Below are positions 1 through 8,927 of a stretch of DNA of 25,289 nt, piece after piece (position 1 is the stretch's first letter; each line of letters opens with the position of its first letter). The notes under the pieces are model-generated. The model was not told the origin of the DNA and searched no databases. It saw nothing but the letters and a program-made list of their open reading frames with translations. Position numbers and translations under genes: made by a program. The DNA lies in the NCBI GenBank assembly GCA_035458405.1, contig DATHZW010000293.1:1-25289 (forward strand). Reading direction: 5' to 3'. The stretch is from Steroidobacteraceae bacterium. GTDB taxonomy: Bacteria; Pseudomonadota; Gammaproteobacteria; Steroidobacterales; Steroidobacteraceae.

Positions 1-581
1 CGCAGGAACTCGGTCCGCGTGCGCGGGTCGCTGCGGAACCTGCCGAGCATCTGGCTGGTGACCATCGACACGCCGCGCTTGTGCACGCCGCGGGTGGTCA
101 TGCACTCGTGCTTGGCGTCGATGACCACCGCCACGCCACGGGGCTTGAGCACCTTGTTGATGCACTGGGCGATCTGCGCCGTCAGCTTCTCCTGCACCTG
201 GAAGCGGCGCGCATAGCCGTCCACCACCCGCGCCAGCTTGCTGATGCCGACCACCTTGTTGGTCGGCAGGTAGCCGACATGTGCCCGGCCAATGATGGGC
301 GCCATGTGGTGCTCGCAGTGGGATTCGAACTCGATGTCGCGCAGCACGACCATCTCGTCGTAGCCGGCCACCTCCTCGAAGGTCCGGGCCAGGTACTCGG
401 CGGGATCGGTCTTGTAGCCGGAAAACCAGTCCAGGTAGCCCTCCGCCACCCGCCGCGGCGTATCCAGCAGGCCTTCTCGCGCCGGATCCTCGCCGGCCCA
501 GCGCAGCAGGGTCCGGACAGCCTCCTCGGCCTCCTCCTGGCTCACCGTCACCATGAACTTCGCTTTCTTCCTGGCTGCCAT
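1..581 (-). CDS. folE: GTP cyclohydrolase I FolE (3' end runs off the window)
   Basis: Not in the ORF track; translated by hand from ATG at 581: [45 protein letters not shown]...[22 protein letters not shown]...GISKLARVV...QVQEKLT...HECMTTRGV. Contains the CEHH and HxCM Zn-ligand motifs. GGAGG Shine-Dalgarno lies 7 nt upstream. Confidence 0.97.
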   Translation of the reverse strand, partial: MAARKKAKFMVTVSQEEAEEAVRTLLRWAGEDPAREGLLDTPRRVAEGYLDWFSGYKTDPAEYLARTFEEVAGYDEMVVLRDIEFESHCEHHMAPIIGRAHVGYLPTNKVVGISKLARVVDGYARRFQVQEKLTAQIAQCINKVLKPRGVAVVIDAKHECMTTRGVHKRGVSMVTSQMLGRFRSDPRTRTEFL

Positions 582-614
582 GTCGGTTCCTCCAGCCCAG
601 CGGACCCTGTTCAG

Positions 615-620
615 ACTATA
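615..620 (-). promoter_or_regulatory. possible sigma70 -10 element (TATAGT) for folE
   Basis: TATAGT on the minus strand about 35 nt upstream of the folE ATG, in GC-rich intergenic DNA. No convincing -35 element. Confidence 0.3.
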
Positions 621-784
621 CCCCAAGGCGTCCGGCAGACCCGCCTGCCGGGCCTGTTCGCGGGCCGGCGGCCGCCGGATGCGGCCACGCCGCCGCATCG
701 GTCACCCGGAGCACTAGCGGTCTGCGCGGATGCCCGGCCCACCGGCGGCCGCTACCCTTCGCTTGCCCGCAGGGAGTCACGGCC

Positions 785-1447
785 ATGCTCACGGATCGCT
801 ACAAACAGGCGCTGCAATTCACCGCGGAAGTGCACGAGGGACACATGAAGAAGGGTGGCGGGGTCGCCTACCTGTCGCACCTGTTGTCGGTCTCCGCCCT
901 GGTCATGGAAAACGACGGCGACGAGGACGAGGCGATCGCCGGGCTGCTGCACGACTCGGTCGAGGACCGGGGCGACACCTACCAGACCCGCTGCAATGCC
1001 AGGCCGCCTGTCGGCCGCGCCGCGCTGAAACATGACATCGAGAGGCTCTTCGGGGCCCGTGTCTGCGCGCTGGTCCTGCATTGCACCGACGACGAATACC
1101 TCCCCGAGGGGAAGCCCGCCCACAAGGGCAGCGCCGAGGAGTGGAAGATCCGCAAGAAAGCCTACCTGGAGAAGCTGGCGAAACAGGCGGATACCGGCGC
1201 CCTGCGCGTGAGCTGCGCGGACAAGCTGCACAACGCGCGCGCCATCCTGGTGGACTACGAGACGCTCGGCGAGGAAGTCTGGCAACGCTTCCGCACCCAG
1301 AGCAAGGCCGACCAGCTGTGGTACTACAAGGGCCTCGCAGGGATCCTCGGCCAGCGTGCCACCGAAGCGGGCGACGTGGGCCTCAAGCGCCTGGCCGGCC
1401 AACTGAGCGCCGTCGTGCAGGCGATCGAGCGTCACCGGCCGATCTGA
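785..1447 (+). CDS. stand-alone HD-domain phosphohydrolase of the RelA/SpoT hydrolase type (small alarmone hydrolase / Mesh1-like)
   Basis: 220 aa with H..H.KK..G.AYLSHL, LLHDSVED, FG..V..LV..CTD and ADKLHNAR, the motif order of RSH hydrolase domains. No synthetase domain. GGAG SD upstream. Confidence 0.88.
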   Translation: MLTDRYKQALQFTAEVHEGHMKKGGGVAYLSHLLSVSALVMENDGDEDEAIAGLLHDSVEDRGDTYQTRCNARPPVGRAALKHDIERLFGARVCALVLHCTDDEYLPEGKPAHKGSAEEWKIRKKAYLEKLAKQADTGALRVSCADKLHNARAILVDYETLGEEVWQRFRTQSKADQLWYYKGLAGILGQRATEAGDVGLKRLAGQLSAVVQAIERHRPI

Positions 1448-1589
1448 GCCACCTCACCGGCAACGTCCACGCAGCGACGGGTGGCAACGAAACCGGGGCC
1501 TGCCGGCGCCGCGCCCCCATGACAGCCTTCTCGCCCGCACGCTGCTGGACGGCCTGCCCCTCATGTGGCGAATCGCAGCTCCACAGGGA

Positions 1590-1616
1590 TCGAAATGGGC
1601 TCGAAATGTTGGAAAT
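1590..1616. promoter_or_regulatory. direct repeat TCGAAATG-N3-TCGAAATG plus a third GAAAT; candidate OmpR-family binding site
   Basis: Identical 8-mers at 1590-1597 and 1601-1608 (11-bp period) and GAAAT at 1612-1616, in an AT-richer patch about 55-80 bp upstream of the response regulator start. Confidence 0.4.
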
Positions 1617-1669
1617 CCGTTGCATCTGTTACTGATTCCCGGGGGTGCCCGATCCAGCAGACTTCGCCC

Positions 1670-2335
1670 ATGCGGGTGCTGGTCGTCGACGACTCGGAAA
1701 GACTCCGCGAGGCCCTGGCCACCGGGCTGCGGACGCAGGGCATGGTTGTCGAGACCGCCGCCGACGGCCAGCTGGCGCTGGAGCGCCTGCAGCTGGCGCC
1801 GTTCGACGTCATCGTGCTGGACATCCTCATGCCGCGGGTCGACGGCCTGCAGGTACTGCGTCATGTGCGAACGGCCGGGCTGCCCACGCGCATCCTGGTG
1901 CTTTCGGCCCGCGACCAGGTGGAAGACCGCGTCGAAGCGCTCAACCTCGGCGCCGACGACTACCTGGTCAAGCCCTTCGCGTTCTCCGAGGTCAAGGCCC
2001 GTATCCTCGCCCTTGGCCGCCGCCATTTCGACGAGCCGTCGCCGGTCATCGACGTCGGTCCGGTGCAGATCGACACCACGGCGCGCGTCGCCACGGCTGG
2101 CGGCCGGCAACTCGCGCTGACGCCGAAGGAGTACGCACTGCTGGAGCTGCTGATGCGCCGGCACGGGCATGTGCTGTCTCGCGGCGCGATCTTCGAGCAA
2201 CTCTACGAAAGCGACAGCGACGCCTCGGACAGCGTGATCGAGGTTCTTATGAGCACGTTGCGCGCCAAGCTCAGCGCGGCCGGCGTGGAGAAGTTCATCG
2301 AGACCCGCCGGGGCTTCGGCTATGTCGTGGCGTGA
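1670..2335 (+). CDS. OmpR/PhoB-family response regulator
   Basis: Start taken at MRVLVVDD (1670). Receiver motifs: LDILMPRVDG, LSARD, GADDYLVKPF. Winged-helix motifs: LTPKEYALLELL, VIEVLMSTLRAKL, IETRRGFGY. Confidence 0.96.
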   Translation: MRVLVVDDSERLREALATGLRTQGMVVETAADGQLALERLQLAPFDVIVLDILMPRVDGLQVLRHVRTAGLPTRILVLSARDQVEDRVEALNLGADDYLVKPFAFSEVKARILALGRRHFDEPSPVIDVGPVQIDTTARVATAGGRQLALTPKEYALLELLMRRHGHVLSRGAIFEQLYESDSDASDSVIEVLMSTLRAKLSAAGVEKFIETRRGFGYVVA

Positions 2336-2339
2336 GCGC

Positions 2340-3713
2340 ATGATGGGGTCGCTGGCCGGCAGGCTGATCCTCAGCCTGTCCGCCGCCATCGTCGTGTCGC
2401 TGGCGATCTGGCTGTTCGTCTTCCACATCCTCGTGCGCAACGAGCTGTACGGCAGCTTCGACGACGCGCTGGTGGCGCGCATGCAGTCGCTGGCGGCCTA
2501 TGCCGTGAACAATCCGGGTGCCGAGGGCATCGCGGAATTCATGCCCGAGTTCCGCACGCAGCAGCACGAGAACTATTTCCAGATCTGGGATGCGGCAGGC
2601 ACGGTGCTGGCGCGTGCGGAGTCGGGTGCGGGCCGCGACCTGCAGCGCCTTGCCGGCGTCATGGCTGGACCCACTTTCCATGACGCGGATCTGCCGGACG
2701 GACACCGCGGGCGCCTCGTCGTGCAGAACTTCCCGGTTCCCGAGGGTGATCCACGACAGGTCGTCACCGTAGTGATGGCCGGCGAGATCACCAAGCTCGA
2801 GGAACTCGAAGAGCGACTTCACCTGTTTGTCTTTCTGTGCTCGCTCGCGACGGTCCTCGTGGCGGTATCCATTGCCGTCCTCTCGGTCAGGCGAAGCCTG
2901 CGGCCCGTCGAGCGCCTGTCGCGGTCGGTTTCCGCCATCGACCTGGACAGCCCGGAGGCGGAACTCGACATCGCCGACCTGCCGAGCGAGCTCAAGCCCG
3001 TCGCCGGCAAGATACAGGTGATGACGCAGCAGCTGATCCAGGCCCTGGCGCGCGAGCGACGCTTCGCGCGCAACGTGGCCCATGAGCTGCGCACGCCGCT
3101 GGCGGAGGCGCGAATGCTGGCCGAGGTCGGCTCCATCGCGACGGACCCGGCGCAGGCCCGGAAATCCCTCGATGAAATCGGCAAGGCGACGCAGGAACTC
3201 GAGCAGATCGTCGAGGCGCTGCTGTCCCTGTCCCGCTATGAGTCGGGCATCCAGAAGCCGGAACCGGAACCGGTGGACCTGGCCTTCGAGATCCGCCGCC
3301 AGGCCACGCAGCTCGCCGGTGCCGCGAAGTCCCGCGGGCTGGCGCTGCACCTGGACATGCCGGCGGAGGCCTGGGTGCATGCCGACCCCGCCCTGGTCGG
3401 CCGGCTCGTCGCCAACCTGCTGGGCAACGCGGTGGCACATGCGCCGAAGGGCTCGACCATCGACGCGCGGCTGGGATCCGACGGCTCGTTCAGCATCGGC
3501 AACCCTGCGCCCCAGCTCAGCGAGGAGGACCTGCCGCGGCTGGGTGAGCGTTTCTTCCGCATTCACAGCGGCGACGGCGGCACCCACGCCGGGCTCGGCC
3601 TGTCGCTGGCCCGCGCCATCGCGATGATCCTGGGGCTGCGCATGCAACTGTCGCTGGCGCCCGACCATGAGCTGGTCGCCAGTGTCGCGGGATTCAGGCC
3701 GCTGCCAGACTAG
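2340..3713 (+). CDS. membrane sensor histidine kinase (HisKA, two TM helices)
   Basis: Two hydrophobic segments, a HAMP-like region, H-box AHELRTPL, N-box NLLGNAVAHA, F-box LGERFFR and G2 GLGLS. The G1 box is degenerate (SIGNPAP). Start is 2340 or 2343, 4 bp after the regulator stop. Confidence 0.93.
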   Translation: MMGSLAGRLILSLSAAIVVSLAIWLFVFHILVRNELYGSFDDALVARMQSLAAYAVNNPGAEGIAEFMPEFRTQQHENYFQIWDAAGTVLARAESGAGRDLQRLAGVMAGPTFHDADLPDGHRGRLVVQNFPVPEGDPRQVVTVVMAGEITKLEELEERLHLFVFLCSLATVLVAVSIAVLSVRRSLRPVERLSRSVSAIDLDSPEAELDIADLPSELKPVAGKIQVMTQQLIQALARERRFARNVAHELRTPLAEARMLAEVGSIATDPAQARKSLDEIGKATQELEQIVEALLSLSRYESGIQKPEPEPVDLAFEIRRQATQLAGAAKSRGLALHLDMPAEAWVHADPALVGRLVANLLGNAVAHAPKGSTIDARLGSDGSFSIGNPAPQLSEEDLPRLGERFFRIHSGDGGTHAGLGLSLARAIAMILGLRMQLSLAPDHELVASVAGFRPLPD

Positions 3714-3716
3714 GCG

Positions 3717-4739
3717 TCACTCGTGCAGCTCGATGATGTCGCCGTCGGCGACCGCGTAGTCGCGGCCAACGTGTTGCCCCTCGTGCGAGGCGTTCCACAG
3801 CCGCGCGTACTTGATCGACTCGACCAGCTCGCGATGCACCAGCCGCGCGACGTCCGCGACCGTCTGGCCGCGCCGCAGGGTGAAGGGCCGCGCATGGTCG
3901 GCGGGCTTGCCCGGCGCCTTCGTGTAGACCCTCACGACACCGAGCCTGTCGAACAGCCACGGGCCCAGGCGGTCGAGCCCGGCACCTGTTTCCGCCGAGA
4001 CGGCGACGGCCGGATAGTCGACGCCCAGCAGTTCCTCCAGCGCGGCGACGTCGGCGCGGCTGTCCGGGTCCAGGTCCGCCTTGCTGGCGACCAGCAGCAC
4101 CGGCAGCGTCAAGGCGAACGGGTCCTCGGCCTCCTCGCCCGGCTCGCCTGACGGGGCCGGATCTGCGGGCCAGCGTCTCGTCAGCCCGACGCGGCGTTCC
4201 GCCAGCATCGCCTGCAGGTCCTCGACCTGCTGCACGGCCTCCGGGTCGCTGATGTCCACCACCAGCAGGCCCGCGTCAGCCGACTGCAGCGCACTGCCGA
4301 TCCAGTTGACCGGGTGTTGCGGGCTGAGGGGCGGCAGGTCGACCAGCTGCAGGTGGATGTCCCCGATCGGCATCATCCCCGGCTCGGGGTACTGGGTCGT
4401 AAACGGGTACGGTGCGACGCGCGCGCTCGAGCCCGTCAATTTCGCGTGCAAGGCGGACTTGCCGCTGTTCGGCGGGCCGAGGATCGCGACCTGCGCGGCG
4501 CCTTCCGGACGGACGACCAGCGCCGGCCCGCTGCGCGTGCCGCCCTTCCTGGGCCCGGCCAGTTCCTCGTCGAGTTCCTTGATCCGGCGCTTGAGGTCCG
4601 CCTGCAGGTGGTCCGTCCCCTTGTGCTTCGGGATCACCCGCAACATTTCGCGCAGGTGCTCGAGCCGCTCGGCCGGGTCGCGCGCGCGGCGCAGCGCGTC
4701 CGCCGCGGCCTTGTACTCGGGTGAGAGGTTGGCCGGCAT
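3717..4739 (-). CDS. DRG-like OBG-family GTPase with C-terminal TGS domain
   Basis: 340 aa from MPANLSPEYK at 4739. N-terminal IPKHKGTDHLQADLKRRI helix motif typical of DRG, G1 GPPNSGKS, G2 YPFTT, G3 DLPP, G4 SKAD, G5 VSA. TGS: VYTK.PG...PFTL.RG.TV.DVA..VH...GDIIELH. Confidence 0.9.
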   Translation of the reverse strand: MPANLSPEYKAAADALRRARDPAERLEHLREMLRVIPKHKGTDHLQADLKRRIKELDEELAGPRKGGTRSGPALVVRPEGAAQVAILGPPNSGKSALHAKLTGSSARVAPYPFTTQYPEPGMMPIGDIHLQLVDLPPLSPQHPVNWIGSALQSADAGLLVVDISDPEAVQQVEDLQAMLAERRVGLTRRWPADPAPSGEPGEEAEDPFALTLPVLLVASKADLDPDSRADVAALEELLGVDYPAVAVSAETGAGLDRLGPWLFDRLGVVRVYTKAPGKPADHARPFTLRRGQTVADVARLVHRELVESIKYARLWNASHEGQHVGRDYAVADGDIIELHE

Positions 4740-4756
4740 CTCCGCTGGCCTGCAGG

Positions 4757-5467
4757 TCAGTCGGCGGTCAGCGCGTCGAGCACCAGGCGCGTCATTTCGT
4801 CCACGCCCGTTTCGCGCTGTTCGGGCGTCATGCCGCCTGGATGGGAGATGTGGTCGCTGACGGTCAACACGGCGAGCGCCTCGACGCCGAGCTCCGACGC
4901 GGCGCCGTAGAGCCCGGCCGCCTCCATCTCGATGGCGAGCATCCCAAGCCTGGCCAGTGCCGGCCGCAGCTCGGCATCCGGGTGGTAGAACAGGTCGCTC
5001 GAGAAGACATTGCCGACCCGCAGGGCGCGGCCGCGCTCGCGCGCAGTGCGCGTGACGCGCTCGACCAGCTGCCAGCTCGCAGTGGCCGGCAGGTCGTAGC
5101 CACGGAAGCGGATGCGGTTCACCTGCGAGTCCGTCCCGGCGCCGAGCGCGACGACGATGTCGCCAAGGTCCAGCGACGGATCGACGGCGCCGCAGGTCCC
5201 GACCCGCACGAGACGCTTCACCTCGTAGTAGCGCACCAGTTCCGTGGCGTAGATGAGGGTCGAGGGAATGCCCATTCCGGTTCCCATGACGGACACGCGG
5301 TGGCCGTTCCAGCTGCCGGTGAAACCGAGCATGTTGCGAACGTCGGTCACCTCCACGGCGTTGTCGAGCAGCGTGGTGGCGATGTGCTGCGCCCGGCGCG
5401 GGTCGCCCGGCAGCAGCACGGTGTCGGCGAAGGCGCCCGGATCGGCGTTGATGTGTGGCGAGCTCAT
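4757..5467 (-). CDS. deoD: purine nucleoside phosphorylase (hexameric, DeoD type)
   Basis: MSSPHINADPGAFADTVLLPGDPRRA, RNMLGFTG, GMGIPS, RVGTCGA, SSDLFY, IEMEAAGLY, TVSDH. ATGA overlap with the deoB stop. Confidence 0.96.
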   Translation of the reverse strand: MSSPHINADPGAFADTVLLPGDPRRAQHIATTLLDNAVEVTDVRNMLGFTGSWNGHRVSVMGTGMGIPSTLIYATELVRYYEVKRLVRVGTCGAVDPSLDLGDIVVALGAGTDSQVNRIRFRGYDLPATASWQLVERVTRTARERGRALRVGNVFSSDLFYHPDAELRPALARLGMLAIEMEAAGLYGAASELGVEALAVLTVSDHISHPGGMTPEQRETGVDEMTRLVLDALTAD

Positions 5468-6741
5468 GCGACGCTCCGTTGCGCGCGCGATGGCGCGGCC
5501 GGTTGCAGGAAGGATGTCCCGTTGTCCAGCGCCGGCAGCCCGAACCACGCGGCGAGCGACTGTCCGATGTCGGCAAAAGTGTCGCGACGGCCGATGGTGC
5601 CGGCCGGGACCGCCGGGCCGCAGGCGAGCACCGGTACGTATTCGCGGGTGTGGTTCCAGCCTGCCCAGCTCGGATCGTTGCCGTGGTCGGCCGTGATGAC
5701 CAGCAGGTCGCCGGCCGCCAGCCCTTCCACCATCCGGCCCAGTTCGCCATCCAGCCACTCCAGTGCTCGCGCGTAGCCGGCGATGTCGCGCCGGTGGCCG
5801 TATTCCTGGTCGAAATCGACCAGGTTGGTGAACACCAGCGTCCTGTCCTTCGCCGCCTGCAGCGAGCCTGCCGTCGCCTTCATCAGGGCCTCGAGGCCGC
5901 TGGCCTTGACGCGCTGCGTGATGCCACGGCCCGCGAAGATGTCAGGCACCTTGCCGACCCCGACCACGGCGCCGCCGGCCTCGGCCAGGCGGTCGAGAAG
6001 CGTCTCGCCCGGCGGCGGAACGGAATAATCGCGGCGCTGCCCGGTGCGCTTGAAGTCGGCCGGCGTGCTGCCGACGAACGGGCGGGCGATCACGCGGCCG
6101 ATGCGATATTGATCCACGAGCTCACGCGCGACTTCGCAGAGCGCGTACAGGCGATCGAGCCCGAAGGCCTCCTCGTGCGCGCAGAGCTGCAGTACCGAGT
6201 CCGCCGAGGTATAGGCGATGGGCTTGCCGGTTCGCAGGTGCTCCGCGCCGAGGCGCTCGATGATCTCGGTGCCCGAGGCATGGCAGTTGCCCAGGAAGCC
6301 GGGCACGCCGGCGCGGCGCGCCAGTTCGTCGAGCAGCGCCGCGGGCATCGAATCGGTCAGGTCGCCGAAATAGCCCCAGTCCTCGGCGACCGGCTGCCCC
6401 GCCATTTCCCAGTGACCGGAAATCGTGTCCTTGCCGCGTGACAATTCGGCCGCGTATCCCCAGGCCGCGACCGGCTCCACCAGGCCGTCAAAGCCCGGCG
6501 CGAGCACGCCGCGTGCCGCCGCGGAGGCCCGGACGAGGCCGAGCCGCTCCAGGTTCGGGATTGCCAGGGGCCCCTCGCGGCCGACGTTCGCCCGGCCCTC
6601 CGCACAGGCCTGTGCGATGTGGCCGAAGGTGTCGGCGCCGTCGTCACCGTAGGCGCCCGCGTCGGGCAGCGAACCCACGCCCAGCGAGTCGATCACCAGC
6701 AACACCGCCCGGCGGGGACTCGATCCTTGTTCCATGCTCAT
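5464..6741 (-). CDS. deoB: phosphopentomutase
   Basis: LVIDSLGVG, GADTFGHI, GKDTISGHWE, GNCHASGT, YTSADSVLQ, RVIARPF, FTNLVDFD..YGHRRD, TADHGNDP, HTREYVP. Start is 6741 or 6735. Confidence 0.97.
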   Translation of the reverse strand: MSMEQGSSPRRAVLLVIDSLGVGSLPDAGAYGDDGADTFGHIAQACAEGRANVGREGPLAIPNLERLGLVRASAAARGVLAPGFDGLVEPVAAWGYAAELSRGKDTISGHWEMAGQPVAEDWGYFGDLTDSMPAALLDELARRAGVPGFLGNCHASGTEIIERLGAEHLRTGKPIAYTSADSVLQLCAHEEAFGLDRLYALCEVARELVDQYRIGRVIARPFVGSTPADFKRTGQRRDYSVPPPGETLLDRLAEAGGAVVGVGKVPDIFAGRGITQRVKASGLEALMKATAGSLQAAKDRTLVFTNLVDFDQEYGHRRDIAGYARALEWLDGELGRMVEGLAAGDLLVITADHGNDPSWAGWNHTREYVPVLACGPAVPAGTIGRRDTFADIGQSLAAWFGLPALDNGTSFLQPAAPSRAQRSVA

Positions 6742-6750
6742 GTCCCCTAA

Positions 6751-8097
6751 TTACACCGCCGCGGCCGGGGCGTCCACGCGTTCGATCACGGGATCGTGAA
6801 GGACGGGCGCCTGGCCCGCGATCCCGACGGCCGCCTGCACGAGTTCCGCGGCATGGGCGGCCGCGGACGCGTCCGTGGCGTGGACGCGGGCCAGCGGCTC
6901 CCCTGCGCGAACCGTGGCGCCGAGCGGCCGGATCCGGTCGAGGCCGACGCGAGGGTCGATGGAGGCTCCAGGATGGCTGCGGCCGCCGCCGAGCGCGACC
7001 ACGGCCAGGCCCAGGACGCGGGTGTCGAGGGTCCCGACCCAGCCGGCACGTGGCGCGGCGACATCGACGACGACGGGCGCCGCCGGGAGGTAAGCGGTCG
7101 GCCGTTCCAACAGGTCCGACGGCCCACCGAGCCCGGCGACCATGCTTGCGAATCGCTGCGCCGCCTCGCCGGACGCCAGCGACGCCTCCAGCATCGCCCG
7201 GCCCGCGTCTTCGTCGGCCGCCAGCCCCCCCAGCGCCAGCAACGCGGCGCCCAGCGCCAGGGTCACCTCCATGAGGCGCGGGTCGGCCGGCTCGCCCCTG
7301 AGCATCGCGATCGCCTCCAGCACCTCGAGCGCGTTGCCCGCGGAGCGTGCGAGCGGCTGCGACATGTCCGTGATCAGCGCAACCGTCGGCAGGCCCGCCT
7401 CCGCGGCAACGCCTACCAGGCTCGTCGCCAGTGCGCGTGAGTCGTCGAGATCCGGCATCACCGCGCCGTTGCCGGTCTTCACGTCGAGCACCAGCCCCTG
7501 CAGGCCCGCGGCCAGCTTCTTCGAGAGAATCGATGCGGTGATCAGCGGGATGCAGTCCACCGTCGCGGTCACGTCGCGGATCGCGTACAGCCGCCGGTCG
7601 GCCGGCGCCAGCCGCGCGCCCGCGCCAACGATGACCACGCCCGCGCCGGCCAGCACCGACCGCATCCGCCGGTCTGAGGGGTGCACGTCGTAACCGGGAA
7701 TCGATTCCAGCTTGTCGAGCGTCCCGCCGGTATGCCCCAGGCCGCGGCCCGAGACCATCGGCACGAACGCGCCACAGGCCGCGAGCATCGGCCCGAGAGG
7801 CAGCGAGACAAGATCGCCCACACCACCCGTCGAGTGCTTGTCGAGTACCGGGCCGTCCAGCCCGGCCTCGCGCCAGTCGAACACTTCGCCGCTGTCGCGC
7901 ATCGCCCAGGTGAACTCGGCGCATTCATCCGGCTGCATGCCGCGGAAGGACACGGCCATCGCGAAGGCCGCGGCCTGTGCGTCGCTCAGGCTGCCGTCGG
8001 CAAGCCCCCGCGTGATGGCGACGAGTTCCTCCCTGGACAGGCGCCCGCCATGGCGCTTGCGCCGGATCGACTCCTGCGGCAACCAGCGCCGGGACAT
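6751..8097 (-). CDS. deoA: thymidine (pyrimidine-nucleoside) phosphorylase
   Basis: Start at MSRRWLPQESIRRKR (8097, TGATG overlap with deoC). DKHSTGGVGD, MVSGRGLGHTGGTLDKLESIPG, LYAIRDVTATV, SILSKKLA, LDVKTGNGA. Confidence 0.96.
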   Translation of the reverse strand: MSRRWLPQESIRRKRHGGRLSREELVAITRGLADGSLSDAQAAAFAMAVSFRGMQPDECAEFTWAMRDSGEVFDWREAGLDGPVLDKHSTGGVGDLVSLPLGPMLAACGAFVPMVSGRGLGHTGGTLDKLESIPGYDVHPSDRRMRSVLAGAGVVIVGAGARLAPADRRLYAIRDVTATVDCIPLITASILSKKLAAGLQGLVLDVKTGNGAVMPDLDDSRALATSLVGVAAEAGLPTVALITDMSQPLARSAGNALEVLEAIAMLRGEPADPRLMEVTLALGAALLALGGLAADEDAGRAMLEASLASGEAAQRFASMVAGLGGPSDLLERPTAYLPAAPVVVDVAAPRAGWVGTLDTRVLGLAVVALGGGRSHPGASIDPRVGLDRIRPLGATVRAGEPLARVHATDASAAAHAAELVQAAVGIAGQAPVLHDPVIERVDAPAAAV

Positions 8098-8879
8098 CAG
8101 TAATCCGCGCTCCGGCCGCCGTCGCCGGCCGCGCCGAAAGCCGCGCGTATCCCGGTCAGCAGGCCGCTGGCGCCGATGCGGAAATGCGCCGGCGTGGCCC
8201 AGCCCGCGCCGAGGATGTCGTCCGCCAGGCGCAGGTAGGTCGCCGCGTCGGCGAGGCTGCGCATGCCACCGGCGGCCTTGAAGCCCGCGCGGCCTCCACG
8301 GTCGCGGAGGGTCTCGAGCATGACGCGCGCCGCCTCGGGCGTGGCGCCGATCCTCGCCTTGCCCGTCGAGGTCTTGATGAAGTCCGCACCGGCATCGAGC
8401 GCAAGCTCGCTTGCCGCGCGAATGACGGCAGCGTCGGCCAGGACGCCCGATTCCAGGATGACCTTGAGCACGCGCCCGGCCGCGGCCTCGCGAGCCGCCA
8501 TCACGGCCCGCCGGGCGGACTCGCGGTCGCCGGCCAGCAGCGCCTCCCAGGGGAGGACCATGTCGACTTCGTCCGCGCCCGCCGCGACGGCCCGGCGCGT
8601 CTCGCGCGCCACGCGATCGGCATCGGCGCTGCCATCGGGGAAATTGACCACCGTGGCCACCTTGACGGCCTTCGCTCCCGCGGCGTCCAGCGCGCGTCGC
8701 GCCGTGCCGATGTGCTCGGGATAGACGCAGACGGCCGCCGGCAGGCCTCCGGGCCCGGCGGCGGACGCGCACAGTGCCTCGATTTGCCGCGGCGAATCGT
8801 CCTCGCCGAGGCTGGTGAGGTCGAGCGCCGCCAGTGCGCGCGCGGGGATGTCAGTGGCTTGCCCGGCAGATGGGTTCAT
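8097..8879 (-). CDS. deoC: deoxyribose-phosphate aldolase (DERA)
   Basis: LDLTSL, VATVVNFP.G, GADEVDMV, LKVILESG, DFIKTSTGK (Schiff-base Lys), GFKAAGG, FRIGASGLL. Start at 8879 with AAGGAG SD. Confidence 0.96.
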   Translation of the reverse strand: MNPSAGQATDIPARALAALDLTSLGEDDSPRQIEALCASAAGPGGLPAAVCVYPEHIGTARRALDAAGAKAVKVATVVNFPDGSADADRVARETRRAVAAGADEVDMVLPWEALLAGDRESARRAVMAAREAAAGRVLKVILESGVLADAAVIRAASELALDAGADFIKTSTGKARIGATPEAARVMLETLRDRGGRAGFKAAGGMRSLADAATYLRLADDILGAGWATPAHFRIGASGLLTGIRAAFGAAGDGGRSADY

Positions 8880-8927
8880 TACGGCTCCTTCACGGGTCGC
8901 CACGATACTCGACGCCGGCGCGGGCGG

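Noticed and set aside
582-784. Possible folE (THF-II) riboswitch; two GC hairpins are present in this gap
   Set aside because: I could not recognise the conserved riboswitch core. The -10-like element would leave only a very short leader, and the hairpins are unremarkable at this GC content. An Rfam scan would settle it.
1519-1635. 38-aa Cys-rich ORF (MTAFSPARCWTACPSCGES...RCICY) resembling a Zn-ribbon microprotein
   Set aside because: No Shine-Dalgarno, atypical codon usage, and it overlaps the likely regulatory direct repeats.
3251-3713. Degenerate G1 box (SIGNPAP) suggesting a pseudokinase
   Set aside because: The H, N, F and G2 boxes are intact, and I recall similar G1 variants in related sensor kinases. 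Not enough evidence to call it inactive.
3710-3720. Convergent histidine kinase and GTPase stops 3 bp apart with no terminator (possible antisense regulation)
   Set aside because: Common in compact GC-rich genomes, and there is no specific evidence of regulation.
3717-8772. ORF-track N-terminal extensions (677-aa GTPase, 673-aa DeoA, 333-aa DeoD, and similar extensions of HMGR and the sigma factor) suggesting fusions
   Set aside because: The extensions overlap neighbouring real genes in another frame and are low-complexity Arg/Gly/Pro text. The downstream starts match family N-termini and start/stop overlaps.
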